A DNA stretch of 64,000 bases from Anaerolineaceae bacterium (GCA_018056725.1 JAGPFF010000001.1:26034-90033); one strand, 5' to 3'. Counted from the stretch's first letter, positions 1 through 9,742 are shown. Numbers and translations: made by a program. The notes: generated from the letters alone by a model not told the origin.

Positions 1-1317
1 ATTGTTTTCATTCTTCAACAGCACAAGAGATTCACTGACAGCCTTCCGGGCAAGGTTGCGATGTTCAATCGATCCGATGGCAGGGATCAGCGCTTCATCC
101 GCATAGGGATGTTCAAAAACACCCATCTCGAGCTTGGCTCTTAAAATCCTTCGCACGGCATCATCGATGCGCTTGACGGGGATATCCCCCTTTTCGACTG
201 CTGTTTGGACGGTCTCAATGAAAGTGACGTAATCACACGGGACCATGCTCATATCGATGCCAGCGTTAATGCTGGTTACTACAGATGTGTAATAGTCAGA
301 TGCCACCTGGTCGATCCCTGCGTAATCTGAGACGATGAAACCATCGAATCCCAGTTCACCTTTCAATACATCCATCAGCAGGTACCTCTGGGCGTGCATT
401 TTTGTCCCATTCCAACTGCTAAACGAAGCCATCACACTTTTCGCGCCTGCATCCACCGCTGATTGATAGGGCGGAAGAAAAAGTTCACGCAGCGCTGCTT
501 CGGGGAGCCTCATGTCTCCCTGGTCGAGCTGGTAAACCTGATCGGGGCTGGCATAACCATACCTGACGGTGGAGCTGCCAAATGTGGTACCGCCATCTCC
601 AAGATAATGCTTGGGTGTTGCAAGGACGAAGATAGATTGAGTTTGGGCTTTTGGATAAGAGGCAGGCAGAGATTGCAAGCCTTTGATGTAAGCAGCGCCA
701 AGTTCAGCAGTCAGGGCTGTATCCTCACTGTACGCTTCATATGTTCTACCCCAACGAATGTCCTGAGGAACAGCGACCACCGGGGAAAAGTTCCATCTTG
801 TACCTATCGCTATCATTTCGCTGGCAGTTACCTGACCGATCTGATAGACCAGGTCGGTATCACGTGTGGCGCCCAAACCGATCTCGTGGGGGAAGATCGT
901 CGCGCCGTAGAGTGCTCCGTTTCCATGGACTGAATCAATTCCATAGAGGATGGGAATTCCGAGACGGGTCGCAAGAGCTTCATCCTGAAATTCAGTGGTC
1001 ATGTCTGCCCATGACTGAGGCTCATTCGGGCTGGGTGCGCTCCCCCCGCCGCTAAATATGGACCCAATGAAATGTTTTCGGATGTCCCCTTTCCGAATAC
1101 ATTGTCGCTCGACCTGGGTCATCTGACCAATCTTTTCCTCGAGCGTCATCTGTTCCAGAAGGTCAGTAATTTTATTTTCAATGACTTCGGACGGTGCGAG
1201 TTGAACCGTTTCCGGTGTGCTTTCCACGGGTATTCCGGGTCGAAGGGCACAACCACAAAGCATCAGCAGTGCCGGAATGAGGAGCAGCCCTTGAAATTTA
1301 ATTTTCCTGGTGGTCAT
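1..1317 (-). CDS. Glycoside hydrolase family 3 beta-glucosidase, lipoprotein; C-terminal part runs off the left edge of the window
   Basis: Absent from the ORF track because it has no in-window stop. My reverse-strand translation from the ATG at 1317..1315 gives MTTRKIKFQGLLLIPALLMLCGCALRP (lipobox). GH3 N-domain motifs follow: EEKIGQMTQV, GIDSVHG, KHYLGDGG and the nucleophile context GFIVSDY. The frame stays open to base 1. Confidence 0.85.
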   Translation of the reverse strand, partial: MTTRKIKFQGLLLIPALLMLCGCALRPGIPVESTPETVQLAPSEVIENKITDLLEQMTLEEKIGQMTQVERQCIRKGDIRKHFIGSIFSGGGSAPSPNEPQSWADMTTEFQDEALATRLGIPILYGIDSVHGNGALYGATIFPHEIGLGATRDTDLVYQIGQVTASEMIAIGTRWNFSPVVAVPQDIRWGRTYEAYSEDTALTAELGAAYIKGLQSLPASYPKAQTQSIFVLATPKHYLGDGGTTFGSSTVRYGYASPDQVYQLDQGDMRLPEAALRELFLPPYQSAVDAGAKSVMASFSSWNGTKMHAQRYLLMDVLKGELGFDGFIVSDYAGIDQVASDYYTSVVTSINAGIDMSMVPCDYVTFIETVQTAVEKGDIPVKRIDDAVRRILRAKLEMGVFEHPYADEALIPAIGSIEHRNLARKAVSESLVLLKNENN

Positions 1318-1330
1318 AGGCAATCGCCTT

Positions 1331-3781
1331 TCACCGGATGACCACGTTAACCATGATTTTATTCGCCTGTTCAACTGGAACTGGGATGAGGTTACCGCTG
1401 ATATCGATACCGTTTACACAGATGTATGCCTGGTTGCCAGGACCTTTACGTGTCACTTCGATCTCATATCTCGAACCGCGAAAATGCCGCACCGCTTTGA
1501 ACCCGCTCCAGGAGGATGGGAAAACCGGGTCGATGATCAAGCCGTCATAATGAGGGCGAATCCCGAGGATCCATTGCGTCATGGCAACGTAGTTCCAGGC
1601 AGCGGTTCCGGTGAGCCAGGAATTCTTGGCTTCTCCTGGTATGGCGGCTTCCTTGCCTGAAATGGTCTGCGCATATACATACGGTTCACAGCGATGGATC
1701 TCGCTCTTTTCTTCACGCGCTGAAGGATTGATCCGTAAATAATAATCAAAAGCGTGGTCTCCACGACCAATGCGGGTTTCAGCGATCATAATCCACGGGT
1801 TGGTGTGGCAAAAGACACTGCCATTCTCCTTGTAGCCTGGTGGATAAGAGGAAATTTCACCAAGTTCAAGATAATATTGTTGATATGCCGGTGAAACCAG
1901 CACAATGCCATGTTCGCAGGCGAGCTTTTCTGCCACTGCATCCAGCGCCTGGCGGGCACGGTTGTCCTCAAGCCCGATGCCTGCCATGACGCAGATGCCC
2001 TGAGGCTCAATGAAAATTTGACCTTCCGCATTTTCCACTGACCCCACGGGGTTACCGAAATCATTGTAAGCGCGGCGGAACCAGGAACCATCCCATGCTG
2101 CGGTATCAATCACCTGTTCCATCTGTTGCCTGGCAAGCGCGTATTTTTGGCTCTCTGCCTGCCTGCCCAACCTGGTCATGATTTCTTCCATCTCATGGGC
2201 AGCCAGAATGAACTGACCAGCGATGAAGACACTTTCAGCGACTTTACCATCCTTGGCGGTGACGGTCTGGAAGGATTGCCCTGGTGTAGCCGAAAAACTA
2301 TTCAGATTGAGGCAGTCGTTCCAATCCGCTCTGCCGATGAGTGGAAGACCATGCGGACCGGTTCGCTCCAGAGTGTAGTTCATCGAGCGCTGCAAGTGAT
2401 CGATGAGGGGAGTTTCAGACCCGGGTCGGTTATCGAACGGGACGGCTTCATCGAGGATTGACCAGTCTCCGGTTTCTCTCAGATAAGCAGAGACTGCCAG
2501 CACCAGCCACAGTGGATCATCATTAAAATTTCCGCCAATATCATGATTGCCCTGTTTGGTGATGGGCTGGTATTGATGGTAGGCACCGCCGTCCGTGAGT
2601 TGCGTGGCAGCTAAATCCAACAGACGCCGGCGGGCTTTTTCTGGAACCATATGGACAAACCCCAGCAGGTCCTGGGTGGAATCGCGAAAGCCCATGCCGC
2701 GACCGATTCCCGATTCAAAATAGGAAGCGGATCGGGATAAATTGTACGTAACCATCATTTGATACGCATTCCAGGTGTTGATCATGCGGTTGGCATGCAA
2801 ATCAGGTGTCTCAACCTGAAAGAGGGAAAGCAGGCTGAGCCAGTATTCCGCCAATTCAGTGAAGGCGTGATTCGCATTGCCTTCATCCAGATAGTGCGCG
2901 ATCACAGGTTTGACATTCGCCTTATTGATTACCTGACTATTTTCGGACTCGAATTTTCGCTGGGGATCATTCTCGTGGTAACCAAGAAGAAAAATGAGGG
3001 TGCGGGATTCTTCAGGAGCAAGTGAAAGATTCACCTGGTGGACGCCGACAGGCTGCCAGCCATGGGCGATCGAAGCACTGGTATGCCCTTTTTCAACCGC
3101 CAGTGGGGCATCCCAGCCGCGATAGGCACCAAGAAAAGCATCACGGCTGGTATCAAATCCATCTAAAGGTGCTGAACATGCAAAATAAGCGAAGTGATTG
3201 CGGCGCTCGCGATATTCCGTCTTGTGATAAATTATGCTTCCTTCTACTTCAACCTCGGCAATGTTGAAGTTGCGCTGGAAATTTGTCGCATCATCCAGCG
3301 CGTCCCAGAGGCAGAACTCCACTGCGGAAAAAATAGAAAGAGACGCCTGCTGGTCCCGGTGATTGGTGATCTCCACTTTCCAGATTTCCAGGTTTTCATG
3401 CAAGGGAATGAAATAGGTGATGCGCGCATCGATGTGGTTTTTTTCGGAATGGATTGTGGAATATCCCAGACCGTGACGGCATTCGTAAGCATCGAGCTCC
3501 TGCCGCACGGGCTGCCAGGTTGGAGACCAGTAGGATGGGGATTCTTCAGCGTTGTCACGAATATAAAGGTAACGTCCTCCTTCATCAAGGGGAGCGTTAT
3601 TGTAGCGGTAACGGGTTAATCGGCGCAGCCGGGCATCCTGGTAAAAGGAATACCCCCCAGCGGTATTGGAGATAATCCCGAAGTATTCGTCCATGCCAAG
3701 GTAGTTAATCCATGGCAGAGGAGTATCGGGGCGAGTAATGACATATTCGAGGCGAGAATCATCAAAATAACCAAACCGCAT
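1331..3781 (-). CDS. Cellobiose phosphorylase (GH94)
   Basis: 816 aa. The N-terminus MRFGYFDDSRLEYVITRPDTPLPWINYLG and the catalytic-region GRADWNDCLN are typical of GH94 cellobiose/chitobiose phosphorylases. The length fits cellobiose phosphorylase rather than cellodextrin phosphorylase. Confidence 0.9.
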   Translation of the reverse strand: MRFGYFDDSRLEYVITRPDTPLPWINYLGMDEYFGIISNTAGGYSFYQDARLRRLTRYRYNNAPLDEGGRYLYIRDNAEESPSYWSPTWQPVRQELDAYECRHGLGYSTIHSEKNHIDARITYFIPLHENLEIWKVEITNHRDQQASLSIFSAVEFCLWDALDDATNFQRNFNIAEVEVEGSIIYHKTEYRERRNHFAYFACSAPLDGFDTSRDAFLGAYRGWDAPLAVEKGHTSASIAHGWQPVGVHQVNLSLAPEESRTLIFLLGYHENDPQRKFESENSQVINKANVKPVIAHYLDEGNANHAFTELAEYWLSLLSLFQVETPDLHANRMINTWNAYQMMVTYNLSRSASYFESGIGRGMGFRDSTQDLLGFVHMVPEKARRRLLDLAATQLTDGGAYHQYQPITKQGNHDIGGNFNDDPLWLVLAVSAYLRETGDWSILDEAVPFDNRPGSETPLIDHLQRSMNYTLERTGPHGLPLIGRADWNDCLNLNSFSATPGQSFQTVTAKDGKVAESVFIAGQFILAAHEMEEIMTRLGRQAESQKYALARQQMEQVIDTAAWDGSWFRRAYNDFGNPVGSVENAEGQIFIEPQGICVMAGIGLEDNRARQALDAVAEKLACEHGIVLVSPAYQQYYLELGEISSYPPGYKENGSVFCHTNPWIMIAETRIGRGDHAFDYYLRINPSAREEKSEIHRCEPYVYAQTISGKEAAIPGEAKNSWLTGTAAWNYVAMTQWILGIRPHYDGLIIDPVFPSSWSGFKAVRHFRGSRYEIEVTRKGPGNQAYICVNGIDISGNLIPVPVEQANKIMVNVVIR

Positions 3782-3891
3782 ATATGATCCTTAAGGGGTG
3801 AGGGGTTGATCCATGATTACCTTAGATATAGATTTCAGTAATCCCGTTTACTGAGTCAGGGTTGGCAAAAAATTATCCACCATGATCCGCA

Positions 3892-4737
3892 TTATTCTTT
3901 TACCGCGCCCATCGAAATACCGTTGACGATGTATCTTGAAAACAGGAAGTAGATGATGATGATGGGTACCACGGATGTCGCCAGACCCAGGTAGATGGCT
4001 CCATATTCATGACGGTAGACATCTCCGCGCAAAGTCTGCACGAGCATTGGCAGGGTGTATTTATCGCGGGTGGTAATCAAGACGTAGGGGGTGAAGAAGT
4101 TATTCCAGGCGGATACAAATGTAAAAATACCCAGGGTGAAGGCTCCGGGCGCTGCCAATGGGAACATGATGCGGTGGAAGATGCCGAGCTCGCTGGCGCC
4201 ATCGATTCTGCCTGCATCAATCAGATCCTGAATCATCACTGATTCCAGGTATTGCTTGGCGAAGAATACAGCGCTCGCCGAAGCGATACTTGGCAGAATC
4301 ATCGACAGGTAATTATCCTCTAACCCAATCTTAACCATGTAATGGTAGAAACCGATGATGGAGAGTTGCATCGGGATCATGACCAATACAAGAATCGAAT
4401 TGTACAAGAATTTCTTGCCTTTGAACTCATAGGCGACGATACCGTAGGCGGTGAGAAAAGAGAAATAGACTGTGACTACGGTAATGGCTCCGGCAAGTAC
4501 CAAACTGTTGATTGTACCGCGCGGGAGGTCCAACCCTTTGCTAAGCAAGATTTTGTAATTTTCAACGATATGTGTGCTGGGCAGCATGCTGATTCCCTGT
4601 TGGATTTGCAGGGTCGATCGAGTGGCGTTCACAATCAACATCCAGACCGGGATGATGGTGATTACCAGCAGGACGATGAGGAACAGGTAGATCAGGATGC
4701 GCAGGATCTTCGTATTTAAGGTGTAATTGGTTTTCAT
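3892..4737 (-). CDS. Carbohydrate ABC transporter permease (MalG-like)
   Basis: 281 aa polytopic membrane protein with an EAA-type loop DAGRIDGASELGIFHRIMFPLAAPG. RBS GAGGAGG upstream. Confidence 0.85.
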   Translation of the reverse strand: MKTNYTLNTKILRILIYLFLIVLLVITIIPVWMLIVNATRSTLQIQQGISMLPSTHIVENYKILLSKGLDLPRGTINSLVLAGAITVVTVYFSFLTAYGIVAYEFKGKKFLYNSILVLVMIPMQLSIIGFYHYMVKIGLEDNYLSMILPSIASASAVFFAKQYLESVMIQDLIDAGRIDGASELGIFHRIMFPLAAPGAFTLGIFTFVSAWNNFFTPYVLITTRDKYTLPMLVQTLRGDVYRHEYGAIYLGLATSVVPIIIIYFLFSRYIVNGISMGAVKE

Positions 4738-4748
4738 TTTTCCTCCTC

Positions 4749-5663
4749 TTACGCCTTGATCTCAGATTTGGGGTGTTTTTCACGCAGCAGATAGAAAATC
4801 AACATTGCTACGATTGTAGTCATCAGGAAAACCATCACGCCTACCGCAGAGGCTGCGCCAATATGGCCTTGGCTGCTGCGGAAGCGCATATACATCAAAA
4901 TGTTATTGGTTAAAATGGAATTGGCAGGGCTGCCCCGACCATCGGTTAACAGGTATGGAATATCATACATCTGCATTCCACCCACCAGAGAGGTGACCAG
5001 AACATAGATCATTACCGGTTTAATAAGGGGCAGGGTAACATAACGGAAGGATTGCCACCCGCTTGCTCCATCCATAAGAGCTGCTTCATACAACGAAACC
5101 GAAATGGAGGTCATAGCAGCCATCAGGATGATGGTTGTCTGCCCATACCATAACCACCACTGGATGAAAACAACCAGACCGCGCATGGTGGATGGACTGC
5201 GAATAAAATCGATAGCTTCGGGCATAAAACCATTGCGAACCAGGAACTGATTAACCGGTCCATAAAAAGAAAACAGACTGAAGAACAGCGCGGCAATTGC
5301 AGCGGGCATCATCAAGTTGGGCAAGTAGAAGAACATACGCCAGATGCCGCCACCTTTGATCTTCAGCCGGGTGCTTGTGAACCATACAGCCAGCAGCATG
5401 GCGATCCCCAGCTGAGGGATGAAGTTCATCAGCCATAATTCCCAGGTATTTTTGACAGCAGTCAGAAAAGTCTTATCGGCGAACAACCTTTTAAAGTTTT
5501 GGAGACCGATAAAATCCGCGTCCATTTTCATTAGAGTTGTGTTGGTCAAACTCAAACTTAGCGTGTTGTAAACCGGATACAAACCAAACAAGAGAAACCC
5601 TATAATGAAAGGTGCTATGAAGAAATAGCCGTAATGCTCTTTTTTTATTCTCAGGCGTTTCAT
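4749..5663 (-). CDS. Carbohydrate ABC transporter permease (MalF-like)
   Basis: 304 aa with EAA loop EAALMDGASGWQSFRYVTLPLIKP. RBS AAGGAGG upstream. Confidence 0.85.
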   Translation of the reverse strand: MKRLRIKKEHYGYFFIAPFIIGFLLFGLYPVYNTLSLSLTNTTLMKMDADFIGLQNFKRLFADKTFLTAVKNTWELWLMNFIPQLGIAMLLAVWFTSTRLKIKGGGIWRMFFYLPNLMMPAAIAALFFSLFSFYGPVNQFLVRNGFMPEAIDFIRSPSTMRGLVVFIQWWLWYGQTTIILMAAMTSISVSLYEAALMDGASGWQSFRYVTLPLIKPVMIYVLVTSLVGGMQMYDIPYLLTDGRGSPANSILTNNILMYMRFRSSQGHIGAASAVGVMVFLMTTIVAMLIFYLLREKHPKSEIKA

Positions 5664-5736
5664 AATACCTCCTTAGGAAATGAGTCAGTGTATTTCTATA
5701 ATACACTGACTCATTCTTTAGAGTGTGAGCAAATGA

Positions 5737-7194
5737 TTAAGGAATGATCAGATCAGGGAATTCATTGCGGACAGCATCTTTCCATAACTGCCACATCTCT
5801 TCCTCTGTGATCGTTCCTTCAAGATAGGAGTTCAATGGATCGTTAAGGGCACGCTGGATCGCGTCATCCGAACCTTGCATCAGCCGGGCATTCACGGATG
5901 GAGCAGCCGCAGCAAACCCACCATACGAGTTCTGACCACCAAGGAAGCGGCTCATTTCGGAATCGTCGAAGCTCGCGGTGATCTTTTCAACGACAACCTG
6001 ACTGCCAACGAAGTCACCTGCAGGCTGATATTGACCTTCGGGAACGTTGGGATCAATTGCTTTGAGGAATTCGTTGGTATACACTCCGGTTGCCCAGTTG
6101 GTCAGGTTCTCCTCATCCAGGGTGCAGAAGCGAACAAATTCTTTCGCCAGTTCCTGCTTCTTGCTATCTTTCATCACACCTAACCAGGTGCCACCCCATT
6201 GATATGCCATGGGTCCATTGATGACTGCCCAGTCACCCGTGGTATCATGCGTGCCATCTGCTGATTTGGCATTTGGGGCTAATACATAAGGCAGACCCCA
6301 GGTGGGAAGGAAGTAAGAGAAGATCTGTTTGGGGTTGCCTTCGGCATCGGTAAGTGTGTCATTCATGCCGGCGAACCAACCTTCCTGCCATTGGGTCGCT
6401 TTGGCTTCATAGCCGTTGTCGCGGAAAATTTTCACCGTCTCAACCATCTTATTGACCATTGGGTCAACGGTCAGAGTGTTATCAACCACCCATGGTTGCT
6501 CGCGGTTGGCATAGAAGAGGTTCATGAAATCGCCATTGGAGGCAACCATGTAGGTGTTACCACCGGATTTTTCCTTGACAACCTGAGCTGCCGCTTTGTA
6601 TTTATCCATATCGCTCAGGATTTCCTGGATCTGGGCAGGATCATCCGTGCCAAAGTATTCCTTAGCCAGACTGCGGCGGTAGAAGAGCGCGCCCGGGGTT
6701 GCCTGGTAAGAGTATGCCTTGACGATACCATCATAGGTGCCGACTTCATAAACGAATGGGTAGACTTTTAATTCTTCGGCATAGGGCATCAGATCAGAAA
6801 GGTCCGAGAGGAAATCACTTTCCACATAGCTCTTAACGAAAGCAGCTTCCAATGCAACCACATCAGGCACGGCTTCGGTGCCGAGCGTAGCCATCAATTT
6901 GGTCTGATACTCGCCATTGGTCATCGGGATCATCGTATAGACCACATCGACATCGGGATGCTTGCCTTCAAAGGCAATCGCCATGGTCATAATCTCGTTG
7001 GTGAAGGACCAGACATTTAAAACGGTTTTCCCTTCAGCCGGGGCTTCAGTCGCCGGGGCTTCGGTTGCTGCGGGTGCTTCGGTAGCCGGGGGTTCGGTTA
7101 CTGCCGGGGCTTCAGTCGGTGCCGGTGTGGCACAGGCTGCCAGCAGCATTGCTGCGATCAGAACAACAGAAAACAACATGGTAAAGCGTTTCAT
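5737..7194 (-). CDS. Extracellular sugar-binding protein of the ABC importer (lipoprotein with Pro/Thr/Glu/Ala linker)
   Basis: Signal peptide plus lipobox LLAAC, followed by a TEAPA-type linker and a family-1 solute-binding fold. I moved the start to the ATG at 7194 because AAGGAG lies 6 nt upstream. The ORF-track start at 7209 lies inside that RBS. Confidence 0.8.
   Translation of the reverse strand: MKRFTMLFSVVLIAAMLLAACATPAPTEAPAVTEPPATEAPAATEAPATEAPAEGKTVLNVWSFTNEIMTMAIAFEGKHPDVDVVYTMIPMTNGEYQTKLMATLGTEAVPDVVALEAAFVKSYVESDFLSDLSDLMPYAEELKVYPFVYEVGTYDGIVKAYSYQATPGALFYRRSLAKEYFGTDDPAQIQEILSDMDKYKAAAQVVKEKSGGNTYMVASNGDFMNLFYANREQPWVVDNTLTVDPMVNKMVETVKIFRDNGYEAKATQWQEGWFAGMNDTLTDAEGNPKQIFSYFLPTWGLPYVLAPNAKSADGTHDTTGDWAVINGPMAYQWGGTWLGVMKDSKKQELAKEFVRFCTLDEENLTNWATGVYTNEFLKAIDPNVPEGQYQPAGDFVGSQVVVEKITASFDDSEMSRFLGGQNSYGGFAAAAPSVNARLMQGSDDAIQRALNDPLNSYLEGTITEEEMWQLWKDAVRNEFPDLIIP
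7033..7128 (-). repeat. Imperfect tandem repeat encoding the (T/A)EAPA low-complexity linker of the binding protein
   Basis: The peptide TPAPTEAPAVTEPPATEAPAATEAPATEAPAE is encoded by reiterated ggggcttc(a/g)gt(c/t)gc units. Confidence 0.8.
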
Positions 7195-7287
7195 TTTTTT
7201 CTCCTTCAAGGATATTTTGTGGATCGATCCATACGGACGACAGAATTTTGTGTTTAATCACCTCCTCTTTTCCTCATCAGAACATCT

Positions 7288-7301
7288 TGAGAGCGGTCTC
7301 A
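7288..7301. promoter_or_regulatory. Candidate LacI-family operator (CebR/CelR-type box) upstream of the ABC importer operon
   Basis: TGAGAGCGGTCTCA differs at one position from the perfect palindrome at 8381..8394. It lies 94 nt upstream of the binding-protein start. Confidence 0.55.
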
Positions 7302-7336
7302 TGAAAAGTATAAAAAAATTTACCCAAGCGTGTTCC

Positions 7337-8356
7337 TCATAGTAGTTTTGCTCCACACGAATCGCGTATGATCAATTCGGTATCTAAGATGATTCGTCTA
7401 GCTGGTTTGGTACCGTTTTCGATCAAATCGATCAGTAATTCCACTGCTTTGACCCCAAGCCTGGTGATTGGCTGTTTGATCGTGGTCAATGGCACTTTTA
7501 ATTGTCTGGCGATTGGAATATCGTCGAACCCGACCAGGGCGATATCTTCTGGCACACGCAAGCCTGCCTCTTGAATGGTGCGCATTGCTCCGGCAGCCAT
7601 GATGTCTGATTGGCAGAATACTGCATCCGGCGCAAGGGGGAGCAGGGTTTTCATCCCCAAATAGCCGCTCACCTCGGTAAAATCACCTTCCACAATCCAC
7701 TCATTACCTGGTTCACAACCGGCTGCGCGCAACCCCTTTCGGTAGCCTTCGAGACGATCCTCGGTTACGGTGCTGTCATGATTGCCAGTGATGGTGGCAA
7801 TCCGTTTGCGCCCAAGATTCAAAAGGTGTTGGGTTGCTTTCATCGCCGCGCTTACATTATCAATATCAATAAAGCTGAGACCATCCACAACAAAGGGGCG
7901 CCCAATGATTACTACAGGAAGATTGGATCTGGTAAGCCGGTCGATGATTAATTCATCCGGGCGACCCGCCTGAATGAGGATCCCATCCAGGAATCCCCGC
8001 CGCGAAATACGCGGGAGAATCTTTTCTTCATCCTCACGGTTACCAGCCAGGAAAAGGGAAAGAGACAGATCATTGTTGTTGCAACCAAACGCGATGCCCT
8101 GGGTTAAGTGAGGGAAAAACGGATCAGTAAAAAATGAGGCAACACTGCGTGGAAGCAGCAAGCCGATCATGTGAGAACGCTGGGAAGCGAGCGAGCGCGC
8201 TGCCGCATTGGGCTGATAGCCCGTGGATTGAATGACCTTCTGCACTCGTTTGCGGACTTCAGGGCTCACGTTTGGGGAATCATTGATCACCCGCGATACA
8301 GTTGAGCGGTGTACACCAGCCAGTTTTGCCACATCTTCAAGGGTTAATTTTTCCAT
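7337..8356 (-). CDS. LacI family transcriptional repressor (cellobiose-locus regulator, CebR/CelR-like)
   Basis: N-terminal HTH LEDVAKLAGVHRSTVSRVIN followed by a periplasmic-binding-protein-like sugar domain. I trimmed the start to MEKLTLEDV (ATG at 8356) because the longer ORF runs through the promoter and operator. Confidence 0.85.
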   Translation of the reverse strand: MEKLTLEDVAKLAGVHRSTVSRVINDSPNVSPEVRKRVQKVIQSTGYQPNAAARSLASQRSHMIGLLLPRSVASFFTDPFFPHLTQGIAFGCNNNDLSLSLFLAGNREDEEKILPRISRRGFLDGILIQAGRPDELIIDRLTRSNLPVVIIGRPFVVDGLSFIDIDNVSAAMKATQHLLNLGRKRIATITGNHDSTVTEDRLEGYRKGLRAAGCEPGNEWIVEGDFTEVSGYLGMKTLLPLAPDAVFCQSDIMAAGAMRTIQEAGLRVPEDIALVGFDDIPIARQLKVPLTTIKQPITRLGVKAVELLIDLIENGTKPARRIILDTELIIRDSCGAKLL

Positions 8357-8380
8357 TGAAAAGGATTTTTCCTCGAGGTA

Positions 8381-8394
8381 TGAGAGCGCTCTCA
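8381..8394. promoter_or_regulatory. Perfect 14-bp palindromic operator TGAGAGCGCTCTCA (CebR/CelR-type box)
   Basis: Perfect inverted repeat lying between the predicted -10 element and the LacI start codon. It differs from the actinobacterial CebR/CelR box TGGGAGCGCTCCCA only at the symmetric third and twelfth positions. Confidence 0.6.
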
Positions 8395-8405
8395 ATTCTA
8401 TTCTG

Positions 8406-8434
8406 ATGATACATTCAATTTTGCCGCGTGTCAA
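8406..8434 (-). promoter_or_regulatory. Sigma-70-type promoter of the LacI gene
   Basis: On the reverse strand: TTGACA, a 17-nt spacer, then TATCAT. Confidence 0.5.
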
Positions 8435-8674
8435 CAGGTTTACGGAAAATTTAAGATAATGCGCCGGTTTTGAACCTTCACTGGAAGATTACACGAAGAG
8501 CAGGCGGTGGGGTGGGTATGGTACTTCACTGGTCTCTCATGGTGAAAAGAGGATGACAGCGTTCTTTTGCAGATCGAAGCGCCAGTGGTTAAGAGGGAAG
8601 TATTCAAACGAGCATAAGAAGTCGCTCCCATTTACTGAAGAGGCACCCTATTTTTGCTCTACAGGATGCCTTTT

Positions 8675-8748
8675 CCCCTGCATCACCGGGCGAAACTTGC
8701 GACCATAGGGAGTGCTGTGCATAACCGTACATCCGACTCGGTCTGCGT
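8675..8748 (-). repeat. R1: 74-nt remnant related to the 3' end of a DUF35 gene
   Basis: Matches R2 (9743..9816) at 70 of 74 positions. Its reverse-strand reading contains YGRKFRPVMQG, compared with the intact gene end YGYKFRPVIRA. Confidence 0.8.
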
Positions 8749-8765
8749 GGAGCAGGGAACAATCA

Positions 8766-9575
8766 TCAGCTCTTGGCTTGCGGTATATGGGTGCTGGCGG
8801 GTGAGGTCAGCACGTAATCTGCTGTAATGCCATCCTTCTTGAACACATAAATCGACCAACCAATTGTCTCCCGCCCCCACCTCAAGTAGCTCTCCCGATT
8901 CTCCCTGACTTGTTTCAACACCTCCTTCACATCAGGATCCTCTGGATGCTTGTCTGCCCACTCTGTCGCTGCATACCACTGCAACCCCTCATATCTGTCC
9001 CAATCATCCGGGTTGCTTACCAAAGTATAGACCAGTTGTAGCCCAAGCTCTTGCCCTGCCTGTGCATTCTCATAGTGCGTTCCAAGCGAGCCCCGTTCTT
9101 CTCCGATGGCTTCCAAATACTCTACTACTGGTTCTTGCCGCCAGTATGGCTCGCCCACCACCACCCAACCTTTGTGAGCTGCCATCTCTTTTAGCGCCTT
9201 GAGGGTTGCTTTATGACCGCCAAAGATCCAGCTCGCTCCAATGCAGGCGACCAGGTCAAAGCATCCCGGCTTTTCCGGTTTAAAATTCGCCCCATCCATC
9301 TCCACGAACGTCAACTGAGCATCCGGGATGCGTTCTTTGCACTTTTTCTCTGCGTCCGAAATATGGTATGGCGAAATATCAATCCCTGTTCCTGCAATCT
9401 TGTATCGTTCAGCCATACGGATGATGAACTCGCCCTTCCCTGTGGCGATCTCAAGCACCCGTGCTCCAGGTTCAAGGCGCAAAAGAGCGATGAGTTCCTC
9501 AAATTTCTCAACACTCATCGGGTTGCAGAAAACGTGTTCATGGTGGGTGATGTCAAAGTACTTCCAGCGGTCCAT
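8766..9575 (-). CDS. Class I SAM-dependent methyltransferase (cassette A)
   Basis: Motif I VLEIATGKGEF and downstream MTase motifs. I trimmed the start to MDRWKYFD (ATG at 9575) with AAGGAGAG upstream. The longer ORF-track version runs across a terminator and R2. Confidence 0.75.
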   Translation of the reverse strand: MDRWKYFDITHHEHVFCNPMSVEKFEELIALLRLEPGARVLEIATGKGEFIIRMAERYKIAGTGIDISPYHISDAEKKCKERIPDAQLTFVEMDGANFKPEKPGCFDLVACIGASWIFGGHKATLKALKEMAAHKGWVVVGEPYWRQEPVVEYLEAIGEERGSLGTHYENAQAGQELGLQLVYTLVSNPDDWDRYEGLQWYAATEWADKHPEDPDVKEVLKQVRENRESYLRWGRETIGWSIYVFKKDGITADYVLTSPASTHIPQAKS

Positions 9576-9692
9576 CTTCACTCTCCTTCTAACGGGAAGA
9601 ATACCCTTTTGCATTCCGATTGTATGAGCAGCATGAATTCGTTCATCTTGTCCTACATTGCAATTATACAAATAACCTCTACTGACAGAAAA

Positions 9693-9721
9693 CAAAAACG
9701 CCCTCCAAATTTCGGAGGGCG
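9693..9721 (-). terminator. Rho-independent terminator following R2
   Basis: Reverse strand: CGCCCTCC gaaattt GGAGGGCG followed by TTTTT. Confidence 0.65.
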
Positions 9722-9742
9722 GCTCAATCACAAACCACATTA

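Noticed and set aside
8766-9740. ORF-track N-terminal extensions: the methyltransferase to 9740, SCP2 to 28149, GH1 to 29419, thiolase to 13846, HMGS to 14894, LacI to 8434, DegV to 30266 and others.
   Set aside because: The extensions run through terminators, promoters, repeats or the preceding gene. Internal ATGs with good Shine-Dalgarno sequences give proteins that start where the family normally starts, so I trimmed the coordinates.
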